36,835 bases of DNA from Promethearchaeia archaeon (GTDB lineage Archaea > Asgardarchaeota > Lokiarchaeia > Sigyniarchaeales > SOKP01): the NCBI GenBank assembly GCA_029856125.1, contig JAHQWJ010000061.1:1-36835 (forward strand), read 5' to 3'. The position numbers were made by a program, and so were the translations under genes. Positions 1-9,592 of this stretch are shown one piece after another; the first letter of the stretch is position 1, and each line of letters starts with the position of its first letter. The notes beneath the pieces are model-generated. The model worked only from the letters and a program-made list of their open reading frames with translations, did no database searches and was not told the origin of the DNA.

Positions 1-2491
1 TTCTAGGTGAAACAACATTCACTCTTAATTTCGAGCCTTCTGGAACAATTTCAGGTGGATTATCCTCATCATAACGAATAAATACGATTCCTGCTTCACG
101 TGCCATTCTATAATACTTTTCTTTAAAACCATAAGTTCTGATATCTCTAAATAAAATAACAATTTCAGTAGAAGGGCTTTGCTTTTTAGCCACTATTGCG
201 TTTTTAATTGCTTCCGCACAACACATTTTACTACAATAAGGATGTTCTTCGTTTCGTGATCCTACGCATTGAATCATAACAATTGATTTCTTATTTTTAA
301 TATCATCAGTCGTGTTTATTACCTTCTCGAATTCAGATTGAGTAATGACATTATCGTTTGTACCATATAAAAATTCATTAGGTTCATATTCTTTAGCGCC
401 TGTTGCTACAACTACAACCCCGTGCTCAAATTCTGCTCTAGTCTTTTCTGGTCCGTGAATTACCGCTGATTTGAAATTTCCAATATAACCATTAATAATT
501 TCTATTGTAGCATTCGTGAAAACATGGATATTTGCGTGTGTTTTTACTTTCTCAATTAAGTCTGATAGAAAGGCTTGGACATTTCCCCCCTCAAGCGTCG
601 TATATATGTTCTGGGCAAATCCTCCTAATTCCTTTTCTTTTTCGACTAAAAACGTTTCGAAATTTTGATTCGCAAAATTAAGAGCAGCAACCATACCAGT
701 AATACCCCCTCCTATGACAAGAGTTTTAGGAGTAACTCCCAATTTTATTCTTTCTAATGGCTGAATGTTTCTCGCTTTATTTACTGCCATTCTTACGAGA
801 TCCATTGATTTCTCTGTGGCCTCTTTATATTGATTCATATGAACCCAACTACATTGATCTCGAATATTCGCCATTTGAAATAAGTATCTATTCAATCCTG
901 CTTCTCTAATAGTTTCTTGAAATAATGGTTCGTGAGTTCTTGGAGTGCAAGAAGCTACGATAACTCTATTTAAATTATATTCCTTGATTTTATCCTTTAT
1001 TATTGTTTGAGTGTCAGCCGAGCATGTATACAAGTTTTGATCTGCTAAAACAACATTTGGAAGCGATTTTGCATACTTCACTACTTGTGGAACATCTACG
1101 TATCCTCCAATATTCACTCCACAATGACATACAAAGACACCAATTCTAGGTGGTTGACCGGCGACAAATATCTCTGGTGGTAATGTCTTTTCTGTTATTA
1201 ACGTATCTCTTTTTTCGTGTAATAGCGTATTAACACAGCCCGCAGCCGCACTGGCTTGAGTAACCGTCTCAGGAATATCTTTTGGTGAAGAAAATGCTCC
1301 ACACGCAAAAATTCCTGGAACTGTTGTCTGAACGGGATTAAATATATCCGTTTTAGCAAAGTTATATTCGTTTAATTCAATTCCAAATTTATCTGCTAAA
1401 TAGTTAGCATCATCTGGAGGGTTCAATCCAACAGATAGTACAACCATCTCAAAATTCTCTTGAATAATTTTCCCATCTTCTGTTTCATACTTCAATATCA
1501 GATCCTTAGTTTCTGGATCTTCATCGACTGAAGAAATACGACTTCGTATATAGCGCACTCCATATTCTTCTTGCGCACGAATAATATATTTATCAAAGTC
1601 TTTTCCATATGCCCTTATATCCATGCTAAAAATTGTTGGTCTTATTTGATGCATGTGTTCGTGGGCAATTACTGCTTCTTTTGCAGTATACATGCAACAC
1701 ACAGAAGAACAATAAGGTTGGCCATTTCCTGTAAAGTCTCGAGAGCCAATACATTGAAGAAACGCTACTTTTTCTGGTACATCTCCATCAGACGGTCTTA
1801 ATACTTTTCCTGTATAAGGACCACTAGCGCTTAAAATTCGCTCGAACTCAATGCTTGTAACTACATTTTTGTATTTGCCATAACCATACAAATTACCTTC
1901 TGGAGGTACGTATTCATCATATCCAGGTGATAATACAATACCACCTACTTTTAATTCAATAATCTCATCTTCTAAATCGTATTCTACGGCATTTGCTTTA
2001 CACACTCCTTTACAAATTCCGCACCCAATGCAATAATCTTTATTTATAGCGTACACAAGTGGGACTGCTTGTGGGTACTTGACTGCTGTTGCAGCGAATT
2101 TAGATAATTTTTCATTAAATGAATCAATCGCCTCAACGGGGCACGCTCGACCACAAACACCACAACCCGTACATTTATCCATGTTAACATACAATGATTT
2201 TTTTAATACTTTTACCGTAAAATTACCGGCTTCTCCTGTAACATCTAAGATTTTACAATTTATACTTAAATCAATATTATGATGACGACCCGTCTCTACT
2301 AGTTTAGGGCTTACGATACACATCGCACAATCGTTAGTTGGGAATGTTTTATCCAACTGAGCCATTACGCCGCCAATGCTTGTTGTTGATTCAAGTAAGT
2401 AAACTTTGAAACCAGCGTCGCCTAAATCCAAAGCTGTTTGAGATCCTCCAATTCCAGCTCCTACAACTAATACCGCTCCTACTTTTTCCAT
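1..2491 (-). CDS. hdrA: Large fused heterodisulfide reductase subunit A-like flavoprotein (two HdrA modules); 3' end outside window
   Basis: Not in the ORF track (no stop inside the window). Manual translation from ATG 2491: MEKVGAVLVVGAGIGGSQTALDLG...MAQLDKTFPTNDCAMCI...CTGCGVCGRACP...CIGCGICKGVC...QCIGSRD...YCSSVCCMY, then a second module PRIGVFVCHCG...ASCTPRTHEPLF...NIRDQCSWVH...VIGGGITG. GAGGG SD-like motif upstream. Confidence 0.95.
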   Translation of the reverse strand, partial: MEKVGAVLVVGAGIGGSQTALDLGDAGFKVYLLESTTSIGGVMAQLDKTFPTNDCAMCIVSPKLVETGRHHNIDLSINCKILDVTGEAGNFTVKVLKKSLYVNMDKCTGCGVCGRACPVEAIDSFNEKLSKFAATAVKYPQAVPLVYAINKDYCIGCGICKGVCKANAVEYDLEDEIIELKVGGIVLSPGYDEYVPPEGNLYGYGKYKNVVTSIEFERILSASGPYTGKVLRPSDGDVPEKVAFLQCIGSRDFTGNGQPYCSSVCCMYTAKEAVIAHEHMHQIRPTIFSMDIRAYGKDFDKYIIRAQEEYGVRYIRSRISSVDEDPETKDLILKYETEDGKIIQENFEMVVLSVGLNPPDDANYLADKFGIELNEYNFAKTDIFNPVQTTVPGIFACGAFSSPKDIPETVTQASAAAGCVNTLLHEKRDTLITEKTLPPEIFVAGQPPRIGVFVCHCGVNIGGYVDVPQVVKYAKSLPNVVLADQNLYTCSADTQTIIKDKIKEYNLNRVIVASCTPRTHEPLFQETIREAGLNRYLFQMANIRDQCSWVHMNQYKEATEKSMDLVRMAVNKARNIQPLERIKLGVTPKTLVIGGGITGMVAALNFANQNFETFLVEKEKELGGFAQNIYTTLEGGNVQAFLSDLIEKVKTHANIHVFTNATIEIINGYIGNFKSAVIHGPEKTRAEFEHGVVVVATGAKEYEPNEFLYGTNDNVITQSEFEKVINTTDDIKNKKSIVMIQCVGSRNEEHPYCSKMCCAEAIKNAIVAKKQSPSTEIVILFRDIRTYGFKEKYYRMAREAGIVFIRYDEDNPPEIVPEGSKLRVNVVSPR

Positions 2492-2503
2492 TTTTAAATC
2501 CCT

Positions 2504-3265
2504 CTATATTCTCATATATAACGGAGTATTTCCGTCAATTTTTTGATAATCTATTTCTCCTCTACTCTTTAAAGTTAGCATGTTTTCTAAAATTTCACTT
2601 GGATCCAGTTTTAGTTCAGCAGCTAAATCTTTAACCGATAAAACTTTAGTACTTAATGAAAGTAATATTCGGTGCCTTACAAATTCATCGTGGATTGCTT
2701 CGTCAAAAATAGCGTTGAATTCATCGATAGGTACTTTCTCTCCATACTCGTTTTCAACTTCTGTAATTTTTCTCTGCCGTCCTACTAAAGCCCTAATCCT
2801 ATCACTTGAAACGGAATTTTCCATAGCTTTTAGATTATCGAATAACTCTTGATCAATGTTCTCTCCGCTAAGGGGAGATGGTCCTTGTTCGCGAATTGAT
2901 TCGATAAACTCGGTAACTACCTTACCAAACCTTACTCCTTCAGAAGCAGAAACCCAATCTAATCTTATTCTTTTATCAAAATCGACCATTTTAAGAAATT
3001 TTTGTACCATGATAAACTTCTTTTCCGCTTCGTAGTTTCCTTCCAAATAATGGCAATCTCCCGGATGACAACCCAAGACAAATACGCCATCTATTCCTGT
3101 TAAAAGAGCCTTAAAAATAAATACAGGATCAACCCTACCACTGCACATAACTCTAATAACTCTCATGTTAGGGGGATATTGAATTCTACTTACTCCTGCT
3201 AAATCTGCTCCTGCATAGGAACACCAATTACATAAAAACCCTAAGATCCTTGGTTCAAACGTCAT
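2504..3265 (-). CDS. mvhD: MvhD/FlpD-family [2Fe-2S] hydrogenase iron-sulfur subunit with C-terminal helical + winged-helix-like extension
   Basis: FLCNWCSYAGAD, RVMCSGRVDP, GCHPGDCHY, WVSASEG motifs; ~120 extra C-terminal residues ending in SVKDLAAELKLDPSEILENMLTLKSRGEI. Confidence 0.92.
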   Translation of the reverse strand: MTFEPRILGFLCNWCSYAGADLAGVSRIQYPPNMRVIRVMCSGRVDPVFIFKALLTGIDGVFVLGCHPGDCHYLEGNYEAEKKFIMVQKFLKMVDFDKRIRLDWVSASEGVRFGKVVTEFIESIREQGPSPLSGENIDQELFDNLKAMENSVSSDRIRALVGRQRKITEVENEYGEKVPIDEFNAIFDEAIHDEFVRHRILLSLSTKVLSVKDLAAELKLDPSEILENMLTLKSRGEIDYQKIDGNTPLYMRI

Positions 3266-4950
3266 TATACTTCTTTCCCTCCATATGCGTATATTTCAGA
3301 AAGTATTTGTTGATCTGTAAAATGCCTTATAATAATCGCGTGGTTAGTACAGGTAGCACCACATACACCACAACCTTTACATAAAACTTGAGTTATTACT
3401 ATCTCTTCTTCTTCATTCTTGCTTATAGCATTATACGGACAGACTTTTATACACACTTCGCAACCTGTGCACAAACTTTTGTTGTAATCAGGCAAAAATG
3501 ACGTAGCACCCTCAACTTCTATTGTATCGTGAGAAATTATCGTACTAGCTCTTGCTGCTGCCGCATAACCTTGAGAAATCGACTCCGTAATGTCGACAGG
3601 CCATTTTGCTGAACCACAAACAAAAACTCCTGCAGTAGCGAAATCCATTGGACGCAGTTTTACGTGTGCTTCTAAAAAGAATCCATTTTCTTCTAACGGA
3701 ACTTTTATCATTTGTGCTAGAGCTTTATTATCATTATTTGAAACTAAAGGTGTTGACAGTACACAAAGATCGTATGGTATTAACAACTCTTCTCCAAGAT
3801 ATTGGTTATATACTTTTATTTGATTCTCTTCTACAGAAGGCACTTTTTCAGGAGAATATTCAATAAAAACAATGCCTGCTTCTCGAGCTCTTCTATAATA
3901 ATCTTCATAATGAGTACCAGGTGTATATAAATCTCTAAAAAGTATGGATACATTTGCTTCAGGATTGTTTTCCTTTAAAATGAGCGCATTTTTTAAAGCA
4001 GTCATACAACACACGCTTGAACAATATACTCTCTCAACATTACGAGATCCAACGCACTGTATCATCACAATATCTTTGGCTTTAACATCATTATTTTTTA
4101 ATTTACTTTCTAATTCGTGTTGTGTAATTCGTATCTTACCATCATAGCCGAAATATCCGGTTGGCGTAAAAAGTGAGGTTCCAACCGCAACGATAATAAC
4201 ACCAATAGTTAAATCAATATTACTCCCATTTTCTTCAACGCTTATCTCAAAATTACCTACAAAACCTTCTATATTTTTTACCTGTGCTGAAGTATGTATT
4301 TTCAGATTTTCCTTACTTTCAATATTTTTCTTAAGATTGTCTAATAATAATTGAGCTTCTTGGTCATTTGGGAAAAGTTTATGCAGTGTTTTCAGCCTTC
4401 CACCTAATTCGTTTTCTCTTTCAATTAAGTGTGTTTCAAATCCTTGATTTGCTAAACTAAGTGCAGCAGTCATCCCTGAAACACCTCCACCAATTACTAA
4501 CGCTGTAGGAGTTGCATCAACTATAATATTTTCGAGTGCTTCAAGCTTAGCTGCTTTTGCCACACCCATACGAATTAAATCTTTAGCCTTGTCAAACGCT
4601 TCCTGTGGATATTTCTGATGGCACCATGTATTTTGGTCTCTTATGTTTACAAAATTAAAGAGATACTCATTTACGCCTTCTTTTTTAACACAATCTCGGA
4701 ATAAAGGTTCATGGGTTCTTGGAGTACATGATGCGACAATTACTCTATTCAAATCATGGTCTTTGATTCCATTCTTAATTTGTGCTAATCCTGTTTCTGA
4801 GCAAGTATAGAGATTATCCTCAGTAAACACTACATTCGGTAGAGTTTTAGAAAATTCGGCAAGAGCTTTAACGTCTATAAGCCCTCCAATATTACTTCCA
4901 CAAGAACAGACAAATACTCCAATTCTAGGTTCTTCTTCTTTATCGGACAT
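3265..4950 (-). CDS. hdrA: HdrA-like protein, equivalent to the C-terminal module of the fused HdrA
   Basis: PRIGVFVCSCG, ASCTPRTHEPLF, VIGGGVSG FAD motif, QCVGSR, YCSSVCC, EAHVKLRP, two C-terminal CxxCxxCxxxC motifs. Confidence 0.93.
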   Translation of the reverse strand: MSDKEEEPRIGVFVCSCGSNIGGLIDVKALAEFSKTLPNVVFTEDNLYTCSETGLAQIKNGIKDHDLNRVIVASCTPRTHEPLFRDCVKKEGVNEYLFNFVNIRDQNTWCHQKYPQEAFDKAKDLIRMGVAKAAKLEALENIIVDATPTALVIGGGVSGMTAALSLANQGFETHLIERENELGGRLKTLHKLFPNDQEAQLLLDNLKKNIESKENLKIHTSAQVKNIEGFVGNFEISVEENGSNIDLTIGVIIVAVGTSLFTPTGYFGYDGKIRITQHELESKLKNNDVKAKDIVMIQCVGSRNVERVYCSSVCCMTALKNALILKENNPEANVSILFRDLYTPGTHYEDYYRRAREAGIVFIEYSPEKVPSVEENQIKVYNQYLGEELLIPYDLCVLSTPLVSNNDNKALAQMIKVPLEENGFFLEAHVKLRPMDFATAGVFVCGSAKWPVDITESISQGYAAAARASTIISHDTIEVEGATSFLPDYNKSLCTGCEVCIKVCPYNAISKNEEEEIVITQVLCKGCGVCGATCTNHAIIIRHFTDQQILSEIYAYGGKEV

Positions 4951-4957
4951 AGTTTTT

Positions 4958-6271
4958 TTAACCTCCTTTTATTACTTCTGCCGCTCTTGCTGCTGCCCCG
5001 CTGGCTTCAGCAACAGACCGAGGGATATCCATTGGTTCCCGAGCGCATCCGCAAGTATAAATTCCTTCTGCACTTGTTTCCACAGGTAGAAATGGATTCG
5101 TTTTCACATAATCGTAATGATCTAAATCAATACCTAATACATCTGCTAATTTATTTATCCCTCTCGATGGGATAATACAGGTTGCTAATACAACCAAATC
5201 TACTGTTAATTGTTTTATTTCAGATGTTTCGTAATCTTCATACGTGATTATCGGATTATCATCCTTATCAATATCTACATGAGAAATTTTACTTTTTAAA
5301 TACTTAATATTATACTCTTCGGCACCCCTTTGTAGAAATTTTTGAAATCCTTTGCCTCCAGCTCTCATATCAATATAAAATACATAAGATTCCAACTCAT
5401 TGTCGTGCTCATATGCAATCATAGCTTCTTTTGTAGTGTACATGCAACAAACAGAGGAACAATACATTTGTCCTTTCTGAGAGCGTGAATCAATACATTG
5501 AAGATAAGCGATTTTTTTTGGGTGCTTTCCATCGCTTAACCTGCTTAAATGTCCTGCTTGTGGACCTGAAGCACAAATCAATCTCTCAAGTTCCATTGCT
5601 GAGATAACATTATCATATTTTTGATAGCCATAGATATTTAAAGTATGAATATCTTCTGCTAAATCTAAACCTGTAGCAACTATAATTGCTCCAACATTAT
5701 CTAAACTAAGTATTGAATCTTTTTGCGTGAAGTCAATCGCATCCGCACCACAGTTTTGATAGCATAACCCACAAATTTCATAATTTAAATATAAACATTT
5801 ACTTGGATCAATACGATACGCAGCAGGAACTGCTGCTGGAAAGGCTATTTGTGCTGCTGCTTGAGTAACCAAATCTGCGTCAAAAAAGTTAGTAATCCCT
5901 CTTACAGGACAGATAGTTCCACAATCACCGCAGTTGGTACAAACACCTTCTTTAACGTACCGAGCGTGTTTTAGCACATCGACAGAAAAATTACCTACTG
6001 AACCTCCTATTTTTTCGATCTCTGAAAGAGTATGTAGTGTAATATTATCATGTCTATAACATTCTGAAAGTTTAGGAGCGAGGATACAAATTGAACAATC
6101 AAGTGTAGGAAAAGTTTTATCTAATTGGGCCATTCTGCCTCCTATACAAGGTTGTTTTTCGATCAAATGTACTTTTATTCCCATATCGCCTAAATCTAGG
6201 GCAGCTTGAATGCCAGCAATTCCTGCTCCAATAATTACAACTGATTTTGAATTTTCTCCCAAATTTTTCAC
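4958..6271 (-). CDS. hdrA: HdrA-like protein, equivalent to the N-terminal module of the fused HdrA
   Basis: GTG start; IGAGIAG, MAQLDKTFPTLDCSICIL, inserted ferredoxin (CTNCGDCGTICP; CGLCYQNC), YCSSVCCMY, DIPRSVAEASGAAA. Confidence 0.93.
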   Translation of the reverse strand: MKNLGENSKSVVIIGAGIAGIQAALDLGDMGIKVHLIEKQPCIGGRMAQLDKTFPTLDCSICILAPKLSECYRHDNITLHTLSEIEKIGGSVGNFSVDVLKHARYVKEGVCTNCGDCGTICPVRGITNFFDADLVTQAAAQIAFPAAVPAAYRIDPSKCLYLNYEICGLCYQNCGADAIDFTQKDSILSLDNVGAIIVATGLDLAEDIHTLNIYGYQKYDNVISAMELERLICASGPQAGHLSRLSDGKHPKKIAYLQCIDSRSQKGQMYCSSVCCMYTTKEAMIAYEHDNELESYVFYIDMRAGGKGFQKFLQRGAEEYNIKYLKSKISHVDIDKDDNPIITYEDYETSEIKQLTVDLVVLATCIIPSRGINKLADVLGIDLDHYDYVKTNPFLPVETSAEGIYTCGCAREPMDIPRSVAEASGAAARAAEVIKGG

Positions 6272-6274
6272 CTT

Positions 6275-7396
6275 TTAAGATTTATTTATTTTATTATTTG
6301 TCATTCTCCTAAGCAAGTCAATTTTTTTTGCCTTCCATTCCGTAATTGTAGACTTCTTAGGAGTAAATTTATCAATATAGCCTGCAACCATTGCATTTTT
6401 GATAAGTTCTTCACCTTTTTCGGTGCGTATTACAACCATTGAATTTTGTTGAACTGCCCCGGAACCACCAAAGCTCACATCAGAAAATCTGCTTGTGAAC
6501 TCATCGCAATCATGGCAATGACTTCTTACAGCATCGTCAAACTTATGGAGTTCGACTTCATAAACTTTATTTTCATTATTTGTTATGAAAAAATTCTTTT
6601 TTATGTTCATCTTAGCTATACTTGTTGGATCTTCGTTAGTCTCCTTTTTCACTAGCTGGAACAATTTCTCATAATCAAAGTTTTCCATACAAAACAAACC
6701 AAAGACGTATTTAATGACATGGGCAGGGCTGATACTTAATAGTTGCATTTTTCGGACAGCTCTACACTGACAAGGAGTTCCAACAAAGGCCATACGAATT
6801 TGATTTATATCATAAATTTGATGATGCTTTTCAACAATTTCCTGCGCAATAGTATAAAGATCTGCTAGAGGTAAAATGTTTGACGATATTGAATATCTTG
6901 TCCCTGAAGATTTCAATAGTTCCTCTTTGTTGTATATGATTTTTGGAATCGGTTTTAATTTCTCGTCATATTCAGACACAATAGCGGCATCAATTTTATT
7001 TTTATCAAATAAATACGACAGAAGAGTGGTTACTAAACCTCCATCTTGTCCCATTTCTTTTATTTTTTCATCCTTTGTTTTTGCCGCAATTACATTTTGA
7101 ATAAACCCAATCTCATCTTTGATTCGATAATCCTCCTTTAAATGTTTCATCAACGGTTCTGTTTGCGGACAGATATAATAACATACTCCACATTCTTTAC
7201 AATTTTCAACATTCGCATCTGAAATGAATTGAGGCGTATATCCTTCCATTTTGATAACATCAAAAGTCTGGCTTGAACAATAAGCTACGCAAGCGCCACA
7301 AGCACAACACTTATTAGCTTTAATGATTTCCTCCTCAAGATCCTTGAAGACTTTAACATCTTTTAATACTGTTTTTTTGGGTAATACATCTGCCAT
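6275..7396 (-). CDS. Coenzyme F420 hydrogenase/dehydrogenase beta subunit family (FrhB/FdhB/FpoF-like) with N-terminal 2x[4Fe-4S]
   Basis: CCACGACVAYC and CKECGVCYYICP; GQDGGLVT, FVGTPCQ, GLFCMENF, CHDC, DVSFG motifs. Confidence 0.9.
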   Translation of the reverse strand: MADVLPKKTVLKDVKVFKDLEEEIIKANKCCACGACVAYCSSQTFDVIKMEGYTPQFISDANVENCKECGVCYYICPQTEPLMKHLKEDYRIKDEIGFIQNVIAAKTKDEKIKEMGQDGGLVTTLLSYLFDKNKIDAAIVSEYDEKLKPIPKIIYNKEELLKSSGTRYSISSNILPLADLYTIAQEIVEKHHQIYDINQIRMAFVGTPCQCRAVRKMQLLSISPAHVIKYVFGLFCMENFDYEKLFQLVKKETNEDPTSIAKMNIKKNFFITNNENKVYEVELHKFDDAVRSHCHDCDEFTSRFSDVSFGGSGAVQQNSMVVIRTEKGEELIKNAMVAGYIDKFTPKKSTITEWKAKKIDLLRRMTNNKINKS

Positions 7397-7452
7397 AAAA
7401 TATCAATTCCTCTAATAATTCCTGAATATTTTTTATATTTTTATTGTGAATT

Positions 7453-8328
7453 TCAAACTGTAAAGTTAATACTTTCAAATAGTTTACTTGGTTTTATCCT
7501 GTGAAATTTGAAACCTAACTCTTCTGGTACGAAACCAAAAGCCAATGCAATTAACTCTGAGAGATAGAAAATAGGGAAATCATATTCTGAATTGTTTTTT
7601 TTATTGAGTTCTCGTTGGTTAAACTCAAATTGTTGATAGCAAGCAGGACACACTACAACAACACAATTAGCTCCTGAATCTTTAATAGCTTTCAATTTGT
7701 TATCAATCATCTGCAAAGATAAATCTTTATCTGATTTTTCTACAGGGTTTCCACAACATTCCATCTTTAAATCGTAATTAATAGATTGAGCTCCAAGATT
7801 TTCAACAATTTCATCTAAAGTAACTGGTTCGAAAGGATCGTCCCATTCAATAATTTCTGAAGGTCTTAAATAATGACAACCGTAATGAACCGCAACCTTA
7901 AAGCCTTCTAGTGGTTTTTCAACATTATCTTTAACTTTATCGAGATTTTCATATAATACCTGAGCAAAGTGTTTTACTTCTACTTTACCATCATAAACTT
8001 TTCCTACTTTGTTTAAGTAGTCATTTACTTCTTTCTTAACATCGTCATCCTTGTTTAGACTATAGTTAACGCCCTTTAAAGTTTCAACACAACCAGAACA
8101 AAACGATATTATCCCACCATTACTGTCGCTCAAACTTAAATTTCTCGCCCCTAAAGTCAGCCAAGTCTTATGATCTATTTGTTCAATCCCTGTTGGGTCA
8201 GGACAACAACTGAAGCCATCAATATCGCGCAATTCAATACCAAGTTTTTCAAAAATCTTCCTTGAAGATACTTCTAAATAAGGTAATCTTGCAGGTATAA
8301 CGCACCCTAGAAATAAGTCAAATACCAT
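7453..8328 (-). CDS. hdrB: Heterodisulfide reductase subunit B (CCG domains)
   Basis: FLGCVIP, FSCCPDP, CSGC, AVHYGCHYLRPS, ECCGNP, CPACYQQFE motifs. Confidence 0.95.
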   Translation of the reverse strand: MVFDLFLGCVIPARLPYLEVSSRKIFEKLGIELRDIDGFSCCPDPTGIEQIDHKTWLTLGARNLSLSDSNGGIISFCSGCVETLKGVNYSLNKDDDVKKEVNDYLNKVGKVYDGKVEVKHFAQVLYENLDKVKDNVEKPLEGFKVAVHYGCHYLRPSEIIEWDDPFEPVTLDEIVENLGAQSINYDLKMECCGNPVEKSDKDLSLQMIDNKLKAIKDSGANCVVVVCPACYQQFEFNQRELNKKNNSEYDFPIFYLSELIALAFGFVPEELGFKFHRIKPSKLFESINFTV

Positions 8329-8329
8329 T

Positions 8330-8827
8330 TTATTTGGTCCCCTTTAGAATGTTTTTTTCAAAATTAGTTTCTTTCATTAGTGTTTGAATCTCCTCTATAG
8401 GTGCAGTTTTAATTTCAGGAAGACCTAGATTTTTCCTCCTAACAACAATCGCATTCGAATAAGGAATTGCAACTCCGTTTTCAAACACTGAATGACCCTG
8501 CACATAAAATGCTTCGGGATACTTCTGATTTTCAAAACATCTGTTTTTAATCAGAGTAAAAATCTCTGTTAACTCGACATTTTGAGGACAAAGCTCAACA
8601 CATTTTTGACATGTTGAACATAACCAAGGATTCGGATCTTGGTCCTCTACTAATTTATCGTGTAACCCTAAGATCGCTTCTTCAATTATTTTTCTTGGAT
8701 TATACTTACCATTGGTCATTAAAGCGATAGGGCATCCTCCAGAACAAGTCGAACACTGATAACAATAACTTAAAGAAGCATTATGTTTGAGGACTTCATT
8801 CCTAAATTCAAAATTGATGACGCTCAT
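8330..8827 (-). CDS. hdrC: Heterodisulfide reductase subunit C
   Basis: CYQCSTCSGGCP, NPRKII, WLCSTCQKCVELCPQNV; immediately upstream of hdrB. Confidence 0.93.
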   Translation of the reverse strand: MSVINFEFRNEVLKHNASLSYCYQCSTCSGGCPIALMTNGKYNPRKIIEEAILGLHDKLVEDQDPNPWLCSTCQKCVELCPQNVELTEIFTLIKNRCFENQKYPEAFYVQGHSVFENGVAIPYSNAIVVRRKNLGLPEIKTAPIEEIQTLMKETNFEKNILKGTK

Positions 8828-8952
8828 GTCAATACTTTTTTCTATTCTATTGTGTTTTTTAATTATATATCTAATATAAATTTTAATGGAACTTTGACAT
8901 TTTTATATAAATTTAACTGCGAAGGAACAAATTCATACTTCATGGAATTTAT

Positions 8953-9231
8953 TTATTCGAGATGTTTTTTAAGATCAATATATATTGGTATTTCTTCGCC
9001 CTTATTCTCTATTACAACTCTTAAAAAACTTCCTTCTATTGAGGAACTAATAAGTTTTAATTCTCCTTCGATACCTTTCGAAACAGAATCATCATCTAGA
9101 TGTTTTGTTTGTGATGATAAACAAGTATGAGTTTCGTTATAAAGAAAACAGTGGGAGCAACAAAAACCAAACGGAAGATAGCCTACTATAGAACATTTAT
9201 CATAACCGTCGCAATTACAATTATTACACAT
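8953..9231 (-). CDS. Small hypothetical protein with Cys-rich N-terminus
   Basis: 8 Cys in the first 37 aa (CxxCxC...C...CCxxC...C); fills an otherwise empty gap, same strand as the hdr operon. Confidence 0.65.
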   Translation of the reverse strand: MCNNCNCDGYDKCSIVGYLPFGFCCSHCFLYNETHTCLSSQTKHLDDDSVSKGIEGELKLISSSIEGSFLRVVIENKGEEIPIYIDLKKHLE

Positions 9232-9592
9232 GTTTTAAGTCTTTTCTTCTCTTATTTTTAATTGTGAAGTTATTCTCACTATTTTTTTTACATGTTACAA
9301 AACAATAAAATATAATATTTAAAAATTCTTGTTGGTGAAAAATAACTTTTTCAACAAAAAAGATTATACAATTACGGAAAAAGTAAAAATTAAGTTTTTT
9401 TAACCCGGAGATCTCAATAGATTAGGTTTTTCCGAGAAAAGAATGCAAAATTATATTATTCCACAATTTTATAAACAAGATTGATAATATTATTAAGTAA
9501 AATCGTAATTTATATAAATAATTTTTACATAATTGATCGTATACTGTTTGAATAAATAAAAAAAATAACTGTAAGTGATAAGGGTTAATAAA

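Noticed and set aside
4945-4970. Programmed frameshift or sequencing error joining the two HdrA halves at the A-run
   Set aside because: The linker found in the fused paralog is largely missing and a GGAGGT SD plus ATG precede the second half, favouring a genuine split.
1-8827. Selenocysteine (UGA) recoding in HdrA/MvhD, known in Lokiarchaeia
   Set aside because: The usual Sec positions are Cys here (DCAMCI, DCSICI, CNWCSY, GCHPGDC). No in-frame UGA was seen, and the first hdrA is missing from the ORF track only because it runs off the window.
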